From Candidatus Aldehydirespiratoraceae bacterium (GTDB lineage Bacteria; Actinomycetota; Acidimicrobiia; Acidimicrobiales; Aldehydirespiratoraceae), in NCBI GenBank assembly GCA_047639555.1, contig JBLIOE010000001.1, positions 45,466 to 109,465 on the forward strand: DNA of 64,000 nucleotides, read 5' to 3'. The notes below the pieces were generated by a model. The model made no database searches. It was not told the origin of the DNA and saw only the letters and a list, made by a program, of their open reading frames with translations. The first letter of the stretch is position 1. Every line of letters starts with the position of its first letter. The position numbers and the translations under genes are program-made. Shown piece by piece: positions 18,253 to 28,236 of this stretch.

Positions 18253-20777
18253 TTCGGCAGCTGGGCCGCGTCACCCTCCAGGGTGACCGTGACGTCGCCT
18301 GCGAAGTCACGCGACGAGCGACCCACCACGATCCGATACTGGCCGGGATCGACATACCAACCCGGCTCGGCACGATGGAGGCCATCACCGTCGGCCGGCA
18401 CCGGCATGCCAGACTGCAGCCCTTCCCAAATCGGGTCACCGATGTCGTAGTAGGCGAACGCGCGGGCGTCGAGTGCGAGTGTGACGGTCTGCGTCGCGCC
18501 CGGTTCGAGCGTCACCTTTTGAAACGCCTTGAGCTCTCGCACCGGACGAAGAATTGCCGGGTCGATTGGTTCGACGTAGACCTGCACGACCTCAGAGCCG
18601 CGACGGTCGCCCGTGTTCGTGACATCGACGGCGATTGAGAGCGTGTCGCCCGTTGCGGCACGGCTCGCCCCGCGTGGTGCTCCGATTGAGAAGGAGGTGT
18701 AGCCGAGGCCATAACCGAACGGCACCGCGGGCTCGATGTCCATCACGTCGTGGAAACGATGACCGGTGAAGAGGCCTTCGCCGTAGCGAACAATGCTGTT
18801 GTCGCCGGGATAGTTCGGGTAGGCGCCGAAGTGCTCGTAGCGGGCACCGATCGTGGTCGGCGCTCGACCGTTCGGCTCGACATCACCGAGCAGCATGTCG
18901 GCAACGGCGTCGCCCAGCTCCTGCCCACCGAATCCAACGCTCAACACAGCCGCGGGATCTTCGATCCAACTCATGTCGTGGGGAGCACCAACGTTGAGCA
19001 CCACGATTGTGCGGGGATTCGCCGCGCACACTCGACGGATCAACTCGGGTTGATCACCCGGGAGTTCCCAAAGCTCGCGATCGCGTCCCTCCGTTTCCCA
19101 GTCATCGTTGGTGCCGACGACAACAATGGCGACGTCACTCTCCGCCGCCAGCGCTTCGGCCCGGCCCAGGAGATCCTCTTCGACCAGCGACAAGAGACCG
19201 AGCTTGAACCCGGTGAGCAGGATCGCCCCGCGATTCGAGTATTCGGCGACGATCTCGATCGGCGTTCCCGCGACGAGATCGATCTCGCCGGGAATCTCCT
19301 CAGAGCCCATGCCGAAGAACGCCGACCCTCGTGGGTACTCACCTTCGGTTGCGTCGAGGGAGACCTCACCATCCACCATGATCTTGACGCGGCCACTCTG
19401 GATCAAGCGGAACTCGTGCGTTCCGGAGACCGTCGGCACGACGGTGGCCGTCACCCGAACCGAGTAGGCCTCGGACGAGACACCCGGAGCCGGCGTACCA
19501 AAGGCCATGACTTCAAATTCGGGGCGCGTGTTCGAGATGACCACTTCGCCGTCGAGATCGTGGCCGTTGAAGTACTCGGTGACAATCGACCCCTGCACGG
19601 CCGGACGGGCCAGCGCTGGTGTAGTGCGATCGATGTCGCAGCCCTTTTCCCAGCTGACCTCAGCGTTCGGCAGGCGGTCACGCAGCGCGTCGACCGGCGA
19701 TGTCGCTCGATACGAGGCGACCTTCGCCGAGCCGCCGCCCATGACTTTGGCGTTCAACCCGTTCGGGCCGATGACCGCAACCTTGCTGAGCGTCGAGCCA
19801 TCGAGCGGCAACACGCCGTTGTTGCGAAGCAGCACCGAACCCGCCGCGGCCGCCGCTCGAATGAGGGCGCGATCTGCGGGCCGATCGAGCGTTTCTTCGG
19901 TGAAGTCGCCGTCGCCGTCGAGCGCACCGGTGCGCTCCATTGTACGGAGCACATCGAGCGTGATCTTGTCGAGTGCTGCGTCCGTCACGTGGCCGGCTTC
20001 AACCGCAGCAACGAGCTCGGGGCCGTACCACTTACCTTTTCCCGGCATCTCGAGGCTGAGTCCAGCGTTGGCGGTGTCCGCCGTGGACCGCGCCGCGAAC
20101 CAGTCGGTGACCACGAACCCGTCGAAACCCCAGTCATCGCGCAGCACGGAGGTGAGCAGCCACTCGTGTTCGGAACAGAAGGTGCCGTTGAGCCGGTTGT
20201 AGGCGCTCATGATTCCCCACGCGCCTCCGTCCTTTACGACATGCTCAAACGGGACGAGGTATGTCTCGCGCAGGGTTCGCTCGTCTACCTGCGTGTCGAT
20301 CGAGTTGCGCTCGAACTCGGAGTCGTTGCCAACGAAGTGCTTAGCGGTCGTGGCCACACCCTTCGACTGCACGCCACGGACGAACGCGGCCGCGAGCCGA
20401 CCGGTGAGGATCGGGTCCTCGCTGTAGCACTCGAAGTTCCGACCACCCTTCGGCGAGCGATGCAGGTTGATCGTGGGGGCGAGCAGCACGTGAGACTTTT
20501 TCGCCCGTGCCTCGTCGCCCAAGAGCTCGCCCAGCTGCTCGATGAGCGCCGGATCCCAGGTCGAGCCCAACGCCGCTCCGGACGGAATACAGGCCGTCTG
20601 GGCACCGGTGCCCATGAGACCATCACCGCGGGCACCGTTGGGGCCGTCGGTCACCTTCATCGGGGGAATCGCGAGCCGCTCATTGGCGCGGGTATGCCAC
20701 ATGTCGTGGCCCGTGACGATGTCGACCTTCTCGTCGACGGACATCTGGGCGAGGAGGGACTCGATGCGTTCGGGCAT
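18249..20777 (-). CDS. GH3 beta-glucosidase with PA14 and Fn3-like domains
   Basis: TDGPNGARG, GRNFECYSEDP, KHFVGN, VTDW nucleophile, PFGYGLGYT. Confidence 0.95.
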   Translation of the reverse strand: MPERIESLLAQMSVDEKVDIVTGHDMWHTRANERLAIPPMKVTDGPNGARGDGLMGTGAQTACIPSGAALGSTWDPALIEQLGELLGDEARAKKSHVLLAPTINLHRSPKGGRNFECYSEDPILTGRLAAAFVRGVQSKGVATTAKHFVGNDSEFERNSIDTQVDERTLRETYLVPFEHVVKDGGAWGIMSAYNRLNGTFCSEHEWLLTSVLRDDWGFDGFVVTDWFAARSTADTANAGLSLEMPGKGKWYGPELVAAVEAGHVTDAALDKITLDVLRTMERTGALDGDGDFTEETLDRPADRALIRAAAAAGSVLLRNNGVLPLDGSTLSKVAVIGPNGLNAKVMGGGSAKVASYRATSPVDALRDRLPNAEVSWEKGCDIDRTTPALARPAVQGSIVTEYFNGHDLDGEVVISNTRPEFEVMAFGTPAPGVSSEAYSVRVTATVVPTVSGTHEFRLIQSGRVKIMVDGEVSLDATEGEYPRGSAFFGMGSEEIPGEIDLVAGTPIEIVAEYSNRGAILLTGFKLGLLSLVEEDLLGRAEALAAESDVAIVVVGTNDDWETEGRDRELWELPGDQPELIRRVCAANPRTIVVLNVGAPHDMSWIEDPAAVLSVGFGGQELGDAVADMLLGDVEPNGRAPTTIGARYEHFGAYPNYPGDNSIVRYGEGLFTGHRFHDVMDIEPAVPFGYGLGYTSFSIGAPRGASRAATGDTLSIAVDVTNTGDRRGSEVVQVYVEPIDPAILRPVRELKAFQKVTLEPGATQTVTLALDARAFAYYDIGDPIWEGLQSGMPVPADGDGLHRAEPGWYVDPGQYRIVVGRSSRDFAGDVTVTLEGDAAQLPN

Positions 20778-20923
20778 GGCGGCGAGCCTCCCAGGAATGC
20801 TCGCCGATCGCTAGTTCGCTCCAATTGCCCCCCGCACGACACCACGATGAACGTTGACGACTCGTCAGAAACCCGCCCTTTCCCATACGATGAGTCGCAA
20901 TTCTCGAACCGGAGGACGACCAA

Positions 20924-22651
20924 ATGCTCGATGTCATCATTAAGGGTGGAACCGTCGTTGACGGCACTGGTACCGCGGGGGTGCGCGCCGACATCGGCAT
21001 TCGCGACAGCCGCATCGTCGCGATCGGCGATGTCACCGAAGAGGCCCGCGAAATCATCGACGCCACGGGTCTTACGGTCTGTCCCGGCTTCGTTGACCCC
21101 CACACCCACTACGACGCCCAACTCTTCTGGGATCCGCGGGCCACGCCGTCAAACTTCTTTGGCGTCACCTCGATGATCGCGGGTAACTGCGGCTTCACCA
21201 TTGCCCCGCTCGGCGATGCCGAAGACGGCGAATACCTGAAGCGCATGATGGTCAAGGTCGAAGGTATGGCCTACGAGGCGCTCGATCAGGGCGTGCCGTG
21301 GAACTGGAACACCTTCGGCGAATACCTCGACCGCGTTGAAGCCAACCGCACGGCCATCAATGTGGGCTTCCTTGTTGGCCATTGCGCGTTGCGCCGCGTC
21401 GTCATGAAGGACGACTCCGTCGGCAACGAAGCCACACCCGAGCAGGTCGCCGAAATGCGCCAGATCCTGAAGGAATCGATCGAGGCGGGTGGCATGGGCT
21501 TCTCGACCGGTCGATCGTTCACCCACAACGACTGGGACGGCAACCCCGTGCCCAGTCGTTGGGCCGCCGAAGAAGAGGTGCTCGAGCTCTGTCGAGAAAC
21601 GTCTGAACACGAGGGCACCACTCTCGAATGGGTCGCCGATGGCTGCCTCAACGGGTTCAACGACGGCGAAGTCGAACTGATGACCAAGATGTCGGTCGAG
21701 GGAAATCGCCCCCTCAACTGGAATGTCCTCACCATCGACTCCGCTCGCCCCGAGGCCTACCTCAACCAGATCCAGGCCTGCGAAAAGGCCAATAGCGAGG
21801 GCGCCAAGGTCGTAGCCCTCACCATGCCGATCCTCGTTGGCATGAACATGAGCCTCGGCACCTTCTGCGCCCTGCACCAGCTGCCCGAGTGGAAGACCAT
21901 CTTCAACCTCGAATACCCAGAACGCATGGAGAAGCTGCGCGATCCGAAATTGATCACGTGGCTTGAGAATCAGGCCGCACTTCCCGAAGCCGGCGTGTTC
22001 TCTCGGCTCACCGGTTGGGACAACTATCTCGTCGGCGACACCTACAGCGAGGCCAACGAGGGCCTCAAGGGCCGACGCCTCGGCGACATCGCCCGCGAGC
22101 GCGGGCAGCGAGCCTTCCACACGATGGTAGAGATCGCCCTCGAAGACGACCTCAGCACCGTCTGGTGGCCACTGCCCACCGACGACGATCCCGAGAGCTG
22201 GCGTCTGCGGGCCGAGGCCTGGGAGCACGAAGCCGTGATGATCGGCGGTTCCGACGCCGGCGCCCACCTCGATCGGATGGCCGGAGCGTCCTACACCACC
22301 ACCTGGCTCGATGATTGCCTCCGCGGCCGCAAGCTCACCACGATGGAAAACGCCATCCGCCACATCACCGACGTGCCGGCCCGGCTGTTTGGTCTGCGCG
22401 ATCGCGGCCGGCTCGAAGAAGGCTTCTTCGCCGACATCGTGATCTTCGATCCTGACGAGGTCGGCGCCACCGACATCGAGCTCGTCAACGATCTTCCCGG
22501 CGGCAGCCGACGCCTCTACTCCGAGGCCACCGGTATCAAGCGCGTGATCGTCAACGGCCAAACCACGGTCATCGACGGCACCGTCACCGAAGCGCTCCCC
22601 GGCAAGGTGATGCGCTCCGGCACCGACACCGACACCGTGGTTGCCCGCTAA
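20924..22651 (+). CDS. N-acyl-D-amino-acid deacylase family amidohydrolase
   Basis: PGFVDPHTHYD, GNCGF, SDAGAH, RGRLEEGFFADIVIFDP. Confidence 0.93.
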   Translation: MLDVIIKGGTVVDGTGTAGVRADIGIRDSRIVAIGDVTEEAREIIDATGLTVCPGFVDPHTHYDAQLFWDPRATPSNFFGVTSMIAGNCGFTIAPLGDAEDGEYLKRMMVKVEGMAYEALDQGVPWNWNTFGEYLDRVEANRTAINVGFLVGHCALRRVVMKDDSVGNEATPEQVAEMRQILKESIEAGGMGFSTGRSFTHNDWDGNPVPSRWAAEEEVLELCRETSEHEGTTLEWVADGCLNGFNDGEVELMTKMSVEGNRPLNWNVLTIDSARPEAYLNQIQACEKANSEGAKVVALTMPILVGMNMSLGTFCALHQLPEWKTIFNLEYPERMEKLRDPKLITWLENQAALPEAGVFSRLTGWDNYLVGDTYSEANEGLKGRRLGDIARERGQRAFHTMVEIALEDDLSTVWWPLPTDDDPESWRLRAEAWEHEAVMIGGSDAGAHLDRMAGASYTTTWLDDCLRGRKLTTMENAIRHITDVPARLFGLRDRGRLEEGFFADIVIFDPDEVGATDIELVNDLPGGSRRLYSEATGIKRVIVNGQTTVIDGTVTEALPGKVMRSGTDTDTVVAR

Positions 22652-22682
22652 CTCACATCGGGTCCATGGCCGACCAGTTCTT

Positions 22683-23645
22683 CTAGCCGAGGATCCGGGC
22701 GAACTGGCTAAAGCCGATATTGCCGCCCGACAACGTGACACCCACCCGCTCACCGGGGTCCTTCACTCGGCCGGCCATCAGCGCGGCAAGGGCGCAAGCG
22801 CCGCTTGGTTCCACCACAACATTGAGCCGTTCAAAGAGGAACCGCATCGTCGACCGGATCTCGTCGTCGTTCGCCACGACAATCTCATCGACGTACTCCT
22901 GCATGACCGCGAAGGTGAGCGGTCCTACCGCGGTGGTCTGTTGGCCGTCGGCGATGGTGGACGGAGTCTCGATGGTGACGATCTCACCGCGCCGCAACGA
23001 CTGCCGAGCGTCGTCGCCCGTCTCCGGCTCGACTCCCACCACTCGCACTGGTTGATACTCGTTCGCCACGGTCGCACAACCGGAGATCAATCCGCCGCCG
23101 CCCACACACACCACGAGCGTGTCGAGCGACTCGACCTGCTCGAAGAGTTCGAGGGCCACGGTCCCCTGGCCGGCCATCACATCGGGGTGGTTGAACGGAG
23201 GAATCAACGTTCCGCCGCGCCCGGCCACGACCGACGCGCCAACCTCCTCACAGTCCTCGCTGTAGCGGTCGTAGGTGACGATCGTCGCGCCATACCCTTC
23301 GGTTGCGGCACGTTTCGCAGCGGGCGCATCGAGCGGCATCACGATGGTGGCGGCGATGCCGTGCAGGGCCGCGGCCTTGGCCACGCCTTGGGCGTGGTTG
23401 CCCGAAGAAAACGCAACAACACCGCCCGCCCGTTGCTCGCGGGACAACGACGCCACCGCGTTGAACGCGCCTCGGATCTTGAACGAACCCGTCCGCTGGA
23501 AACACTCGGCCTTGAGAAACACCCGCGCCCCGACGACCTCGTCGAGGGTTCGGCTTGTCAGTACCGGCGTGCGGTGGATGACACCGGCCAGTCGCTTCGC
23601 CGCCTGCCCGATGTCATCAATGTCAATCGGGAGAGCGGCCGCCAC
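22683..23645 (-). CDS. PLP-dependent threonine/serine dehydratase family enzyme
   Basis: FQRTGSFKIRGA, SSGNH, GGGGLISG, EPSGA, SGGN. Confidence 0.94.
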   Translation of the reverse strand: MAAALPIDIDDIGQAAKRLAGVIHRTPVLTSRTLDEVVGARVFLKAECFQRTGSFKIRGAFNAVASLSREQRAGGVVAFSSGNHAQGVAKAAALHGIAATIVMPLDAPAAKRAATEGYGATIVTYDRYSEDCEEVGASVVAGRGGTLIPPFNHPDVMAGQGTVALELFEQVESLDTLVVCVGGGGLISGCATVANEYQPVRVVGVEPETGDDARQSLRRGEIVTIETPSTIADGQQTTAVGPLTFAVMQEYVDEIVVANDDEIRSTMRFLFERLNVVVEPSGACALAALMAGRVKDPGERVGVTLSGGNIGFSQFARILG

Positions 23646-23650
23646 GCCGA

Positions 23651-24700
23651 TCAGTTCTCGGCGGAAATCTGGAAACCGCGGGCGACCTCGGGCCGCCGCA
23701 ACTTCCAGATGAGGCCGTCGTAGAACAGGTGCATGCCGCCAATCGTTAAGAACACAAAGGCGTAGACCTCGTAGGAGCCGAAGCTACGAATCGCCCAAAT
23801 CAGCGCAACGATTCCGACGGTATAGAGCACCATCAGCCCAAGGGGCCCAGTGCGACTGCGAACAGCTCGGCCCAGCGGCGCGCCGCCATCGGTGGCGTCG
23901 TCGGGATAACGGTCGGCGAGATGGTTGTGAACAATGAGGTAGTACTCCGCCGCATGCGAGCCGATGTATCCCACGAATCCCGCGAGCGGGGAGATCATCG
24001 TGAGGCCGATGAGGGCTGCCGTCGACCCGAGGTACACCCATTTGGCCGGGTTCACTTCGGTGGCCTGGAACTCTTGTCGAACCCACTGCACCAAAAGCAC
24101 ACCGACCACGATCAGCATGACGGGCACGAGATACTTCGCGATGGGCGCCGCATTGGTCAACACGTCGAGGCCGCGCTGGTTGCGACCGCCAAGACCCGCG
24201 GAGGCAATCCGATCGGGCGTCGAGGCGTCAGCTGCGGCAACGACCAGCGCGAGTCCGAGCATCGACCAGAGCAGGCGGTGCTCGATCGTGCCGTCGCTCT
24301 GCCCGACCTTTCGACCATAGATGCGGGTGATGCCATAGCGCTGCTGCAGCGTGTGGCCCGCGTTCCACACGCCCGCGATCACGGCGATCACCACAGGGTC
24401 GAGCTGCAAGCCGACCAGCACGAGCGCCACAAAGATGAAGGGCGACAACCGAAATACTCGCCGACGCGAATTCATGACATGCGGGTCGGCGTAGACCAAG
24501 GGCATCGTCAAGGGCTGGTGCGAGACCGAGAAGATGAGCGTGGCGCCCACCAACCATTCGAGACGATCGGTTTGGCCGTCCCAGACCAATGCCAGGACCG
24601 CGAACGGAACCCAGGAGAACGCCATCAAGGCATCCCAGGCAGGACGCCGAATCCATCGGGTTCGGAGGCGGGTCGGGGCCGCCGGTTCGAGCGTCTGCAT
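23651..24700 (-). CDS. Uncharacterised polytopic membrane protein with four His motifs
   Basis: 8-9 TM segments; SHQPLT, GHTLQQRYG, SHAAEYY, MHLFYDG. Confidence 0.75.
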   Translation of the reverse strand: MQTLEPAAPTRLRTRWIRRPAWDALMAFSWVPFAVLALVWDGQTDRLEWLVGATLIFSVSHQPLTMPLVYADPHVMNSRRRVFRLSPFIFVALVLVGLQLDPVVIAVIAGVWNAGHTLQQRYGITRIYGRKVGQSDGTIEHRLLWSMLGLALVVAAADASTPDRIASAGLGGRNQRGLDVLTNAAPIAKYLVPVMLIVVGVLLVQWVRQEFQATEVNPAKWVYLGSTAALIGLTMISPLAGFVGYIGSHAAEYYLIVHNHLADRYPDDATDGGAPLGRAVRSRTGPLGLMVLYTVGIVALIWAIRSFGSYEVYAFVFLTIGGMHLFYDGLIWKLRRPEVARGFQISAEN

Positions 24701-25323
24701 TAGGCCCAGACTGCCACGAGGTTGTCGGTCGAGACCACCGTTGCCAACAAACCAATGGAGTTTGCCATCACCGCCTCGCCATAGGCGACCGGAACACCGA
24801 CCACTGCGTCGGACGGAACGACGACCTGATAACCGAGATCGACTGCGGAAAGCACCAGCCCCAAGATCCCCACGTTGATCGAGTTGCCAACCGCGATCAC
24901 CGTCGTCACACCCATGTTGCGCAACAGCTGGTCGAGTTCGGTCGCGTGGAACGGAGTAAGGCCATGTGTGCGTTCGATGCGGAGATCGCTCGGCTGCACA
25001 CTCAATTCAGGAATGTTCTCGGCCCCTGGCCCGCCCACATCGAGGGCATCACCGGCCAACTTCATCGACGCGGCCAGCATGCGGCAGTTTGCAACTGACC
25101 CCTGTCGGTCGGGCCGAAAAACAGCATTGCAGTGCAGGACACGAGCACCGGATTTACGGGCCGCGCCGCAGATACGACCGGCATTCGCCGGCATCCCCAC
25201 CGATATCGCGGCGTCTCGCAGATTGGGAAGGGTCGCGAGATCACCGACGACCGCTCGCTGGAGCTCCATTGTGACGACGGCGGTGTGGTCCGGGGCGACC
25301 AACGTCGCCAGGTCAAGCGGCAC
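24700..25323 (-). CDS. Isochorismatase/cysteine hydrolase family protein with altered catalytic triad
   Basis: TAVVTMELQ, TELDQLLRNMGVTTV, AVDLGYQVVVPSDAV. Confidence 0.85.
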   Translation of the reverse strand: MPLDLATLVAPDHTAVVTMELQRAVVGDLATLPNLRDAAISVGMPANAGRICGAARKSGARVLHCNAVFRPDRQGSVANCRMLAASMKLAGDALDVGGPGAENIPELSVQPSDLRIERTHGLTPFHATELDQLLRNMGVTTVIAVGNSINVGILGLVLSAVDLGYQVVVPSDAVVGVPVAYGEAVMANSIGLLATVVSTDNLVAVWA

Positions 25324-25324
25324 C

Positions 25325-25690
25325 TCAGCCGCCGGTCAGGGCCGACATGTCGAAATAGTCGCGCCAGCGAGCGATCTTTCCGTCACGGAGCTCGAACGTT
25401 CCCATCACCTTGATCGCCGTTGGATTCCCACCAATTACGAAGGTGTCGATCCGCTCGTTCATGACGAGGTTCCCGTCGGCAACCTCGTGCAGGGTCTCGA
25501 ACACGATCGACTCCGCCATACCCACAAAACCGGCGATCACTTCCCTCACCGCGTCAGGCCCCTCGGCCGGCTCCATCGGGATGTTGTGGTACACGATGTC
25601 GTCGGTGAAGTGCCCCATGATCGCTTCGACATCTTGGGCGCCCCAGGCATCCGCTAGGGACTGCACGACGGCTTGATTCTCGTTACTCAT
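25325..25690 (-). CDS. Limonene-1,2-epoxide hydrolase / SnoaL-like protein
   Basis: YHNIP, VMNERID, GKIARWRDYFD. Confidence 0.9.
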   Translation of the reverse strand: MSNENQAVVQSLADAWGAQDVEAIMGHFTDDIVYHNIPMEPAEGPDAVREVIAGFVGMAESIVFETLHEVADGNLVMNERIDTFVIGGNPTAIKVMGTFELRDGKIARWRDYFDMSALTGG

Positions 25691-25979
25691 CTCTCGACCC
25701 TGATCTCTCGTTCGGCGTACTCATCACACTTCGCCCAGCTTCGCGCACCAACATGGGTCGTCCGACCCAGCGGCTTCGGAAAGTTGGGTCCAAAGGCCCA
25801 TGCCACCCGCCAATTTCCTCTACACCTGCGAGCTTCACCGTCCGAAGAAATGGAGTCAAAGAAATCGAGCCGTTCGGATGCGGCTCACGGGAAGGGATCG
25901 GAGGAACACGATGCAACATCTCACCGGCAGCGTGTATCTCGACGCGCCCCATGCTCCCTCCCGCAAGGAGGAGGCCGCG

Positions 25980-26939
25980 ATGGCCCGCCGTCCTCGCACC
26001 ATGATCGCCAGCGTTGCGCTCTTCATCGGACTTCTCTCGTTGACTATCGCCGGGCTGATCGCGGGCGTACGAGCGGTCGTGCTCGACCCCGATCCCGCCG
26101 TGACAGCGCTTGAGGCGACAATCGATGACCCGATCGCTCGGGCGGAGCTCGAACGCGAAGTCGCCAGAGGCATCGAGGAAGACCTCGTTGGTCCAGAGCT
26201 CGTCACTATCGCGACCGCATTCGACCTCGACGTCTCTGCGGAAGCCGACCGCATCTCGCTCCTCGTGTTCGACGACCCCGCCGTGCGGAAAGAACTTCGT
26301 CTGCTTGTCGCCGAGCTCCATGCCCGACTCGTGATCGAGCGGAGTGATCGCAATATCGACCTCGCGCCAATCACGAACGCCGTGATAAATGCAATCGCGG
26401 AAGAGTCGCCTCGGTTGGCGGCCATCATCCCGACCAACTCGACCTTGTGGACCGTTGAACGCACCGCCGTGCCCGATTTCACCGGACCCGCCGACCTCGC
26501 CAATCAGGCGCTCCTCGTCGCCCTGGTGGGAGCCCTACTGGTGCCGATCGCTACGGCGATACATCCACGACGTCATCGCGCCGCTGCATGGGTCGGCCGC
26601 TGGGCGCTCACTATGGCCATCCTGTGTGGCGTTGCCGCAGTCGGGCTTCCCTACGCCGCCGGCAGTCTCTCCGGCTGGAGCGCAGTCGAGATCGCCGTTC
26701 GCGCACTTTCCCTGAAACTTCTTGCTCCTGCAGCCATCGCGGCGGTGTTCGGCACGGGTCTCGTGTCGTTCGCGGCGGTCATCAAGCACCGCGAGAACCC
26801 CCAAACCGCCGATGAAGGCGCGGCCGCGGCCCTGGGCGGCTTTGATGAACCCCCGCTCCTCGGCACACCGAGCGCGCCGACGTTCGATCTCGCCAAGCGT
26901 GGCCTGACCGACGTCAACCACCCCCTCACCAGCATCTAA
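25980..26939 (+). CDS. Hypothetical membrane protein
   Basis: N-terminal TM, helical soluble domain, three C-terminal TMs; AGGAGG upstream of ATG 25980 (25911 is an alternative start). Confidence 0.65.
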   Translation: MARRPRTMIASVALFIGLLSLTIAGLIAGVRAVVLDPDPAVTALEATIDDPIARAELEREVARGIEEDLVGPELVTIATAFDLDVSAEADRISLLVFDDPAVRKELRLLVAELHARLVIERSDRNIDLAPITNAVINAIAEESPRLAAIIPTNSTLWTVERTAVPDFTGPADLANQALLVALVGALLVPIATAIHPRRHRAAAWVGRWALTMAILCGVAAVGLPYAAGSLSGWSAVEIAVRALSLKLLAPAAIAAVFGTGLVSFAAVIKHRENPQTADEGAAAALGGFDEPPLLGTPSAPTFDLAKRGLTDVNHPLTSI

Positions 26940-27077
26940 CCCCGCCTATTCTCGGTTCGGGGTGGGAGTGGCAACACCCTCGACCACGGCACCGGAGGCG
27001 ACCGTCCCGGTCAAGGACCCGTCGGCCATCACCAATCCCGACCGGACCGTTTGAGCTGCCCAGCGCCGAGATCTTTG

Positions 27078-28220
27078 CTAACCCTCTCGGAGCCGCTCGC
27101 CGGCACCATGGGCTCCGAAAATCACGTTGGCCGCCCGCATTCCGCCCTGCAGGCCGTCCATCATTCGGTTCATCACATAGACGACCGTGATCGAGTTCTC
27201 TACGTCGACGACGGCCATCGAGCCGCCCCATCCCGCCCACCAGAGCGTGCGGTCGTTGACGGCAACCGGCATCCCGGGCGAGAGCAGCCCGAATCCGATC
27301 CCGAACTTCGCGTGGGTGCCGAGCACATGGTCGACACCATCGGACTGCACTTCAAAGCAGCGTTCGATGGTTGCGGGCGACAGAAGGCGATGGCCATCGA
27401 CGACCCCGCCCCGAGCGAAGCACGAGACAACCTTGGCGACGGATCGAGCGTTGCCGTGACCACTGCTGGCCGGCTGTTCGAATCGACGCCAGCGGTCGCG
27501 GTTGACCATAGAAGCGTGGGACGGCTCACCCTGAGAGACACGAGCGGCAATCGAATCACCGGGCTGTACGGCGGTGTCAATCTCGTCGGTGCGCATCTCG
27601 GCGACACGAGGGAAAGCCGCGTCGGGCGTGCCGATATGGAAGTCGGCCCCGAGGGGTTCTGCGACTTCATCGCGAAAGAACGTGCCAAGGCTGCGACCGT
27701 CGACGCGTCGCACAATCTCGCCGAGCAGCGGGCCTTGGGTCGAAGAGTGGTAACCCGACGCCGTGCCCGGTTCCCACCACGGCGCCTGCGCCGCGAGCCG
27801 GTCGAGACATAGCGGCGTGTCGTACATCTCCTCTTCGGTGATCGGCGTGTCGAACCCGGGGACACCGGCGGTGTGGCTGAGCACGTGCTTGACGAGCACG
27901 CCACCCTTTCCGTTGGCCGCGAATTCTGGCCAACAGTCGGCAACCGGAGCGTCGACATCGAGCTGGCCACGGTCGTGCAGCATCAGCGTGCAGAGGGCCG
28001 CCATCATCTTGGTGGTCGACCAGACGTTGACGATCGTGTTCTGCTGCCAGGCCTGCGTTCCTGCCGCATCGCAGTGACCCGCCCAGAGGTCAACCACTGT
28101 CTCGTCGCCATGGATCACGGCGCAGGAGGCGCCGAGATCACCGTCGGCAAAGTTCTTCGCAAACCCAGTGCGAACATCTTCAAAGGCGGGTTCACAGAAC
28201 CCGTGGATCTCGGTCTCCAT
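27078..28220 (-). CDS. Serine hydrolase (family VIII esterase, beta-lactamase-like)
   Basis: WSTTK, LSHTAG, WEPGTASGYH, GWGGS. Confidence 0.92.
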   Translation of the reverse strand: METEIHGFCEPAFEDVRTGFAKNFADGDLGASCAVIHGDETVVDLWAGHCDAAGTQAWQQNTIVNVWSTTKMMAALCTLMLHDRGQLDVDAPVADCWPEFAANGKGGVLVKHVLSHTAGVPGFDTPITEEEMYDTPLCLDRLAAQAPWWEPGTASGYHSSTQGPLLGEIVRRVDGRSLGTFFRDEVAEPLGADFHIGTPDAAFPRVAEMRTDEIDTAVQPGDSIAARVSQGEPSHASMVNRDRWRRFEQPASSGHGNARSVAKVVSCFARGGVVDGHRLLSPATIERCFEVQSDGVDHVLGTHAKFGIGFGLLSPGMPVAVNDRTLWWAGWGGSMAVVDVENSITVVYVMNRMMDGLQGGMRAANVIFGAHGAGERLREG

Positions 28221-28236
28221 TAGCACTCCATCTCCA

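Noticed and set aside
18750-22753. Very long antisense ORFs (808 aa, 534 aa), and similar ones at 7113-8888, 28336-29499, 42576-43982, 44791-45888 and 50473-51594
   Set aside because: Shadow frames of clearly identified genes; stop-poor frames are expected at this GC content and they show no motifs.
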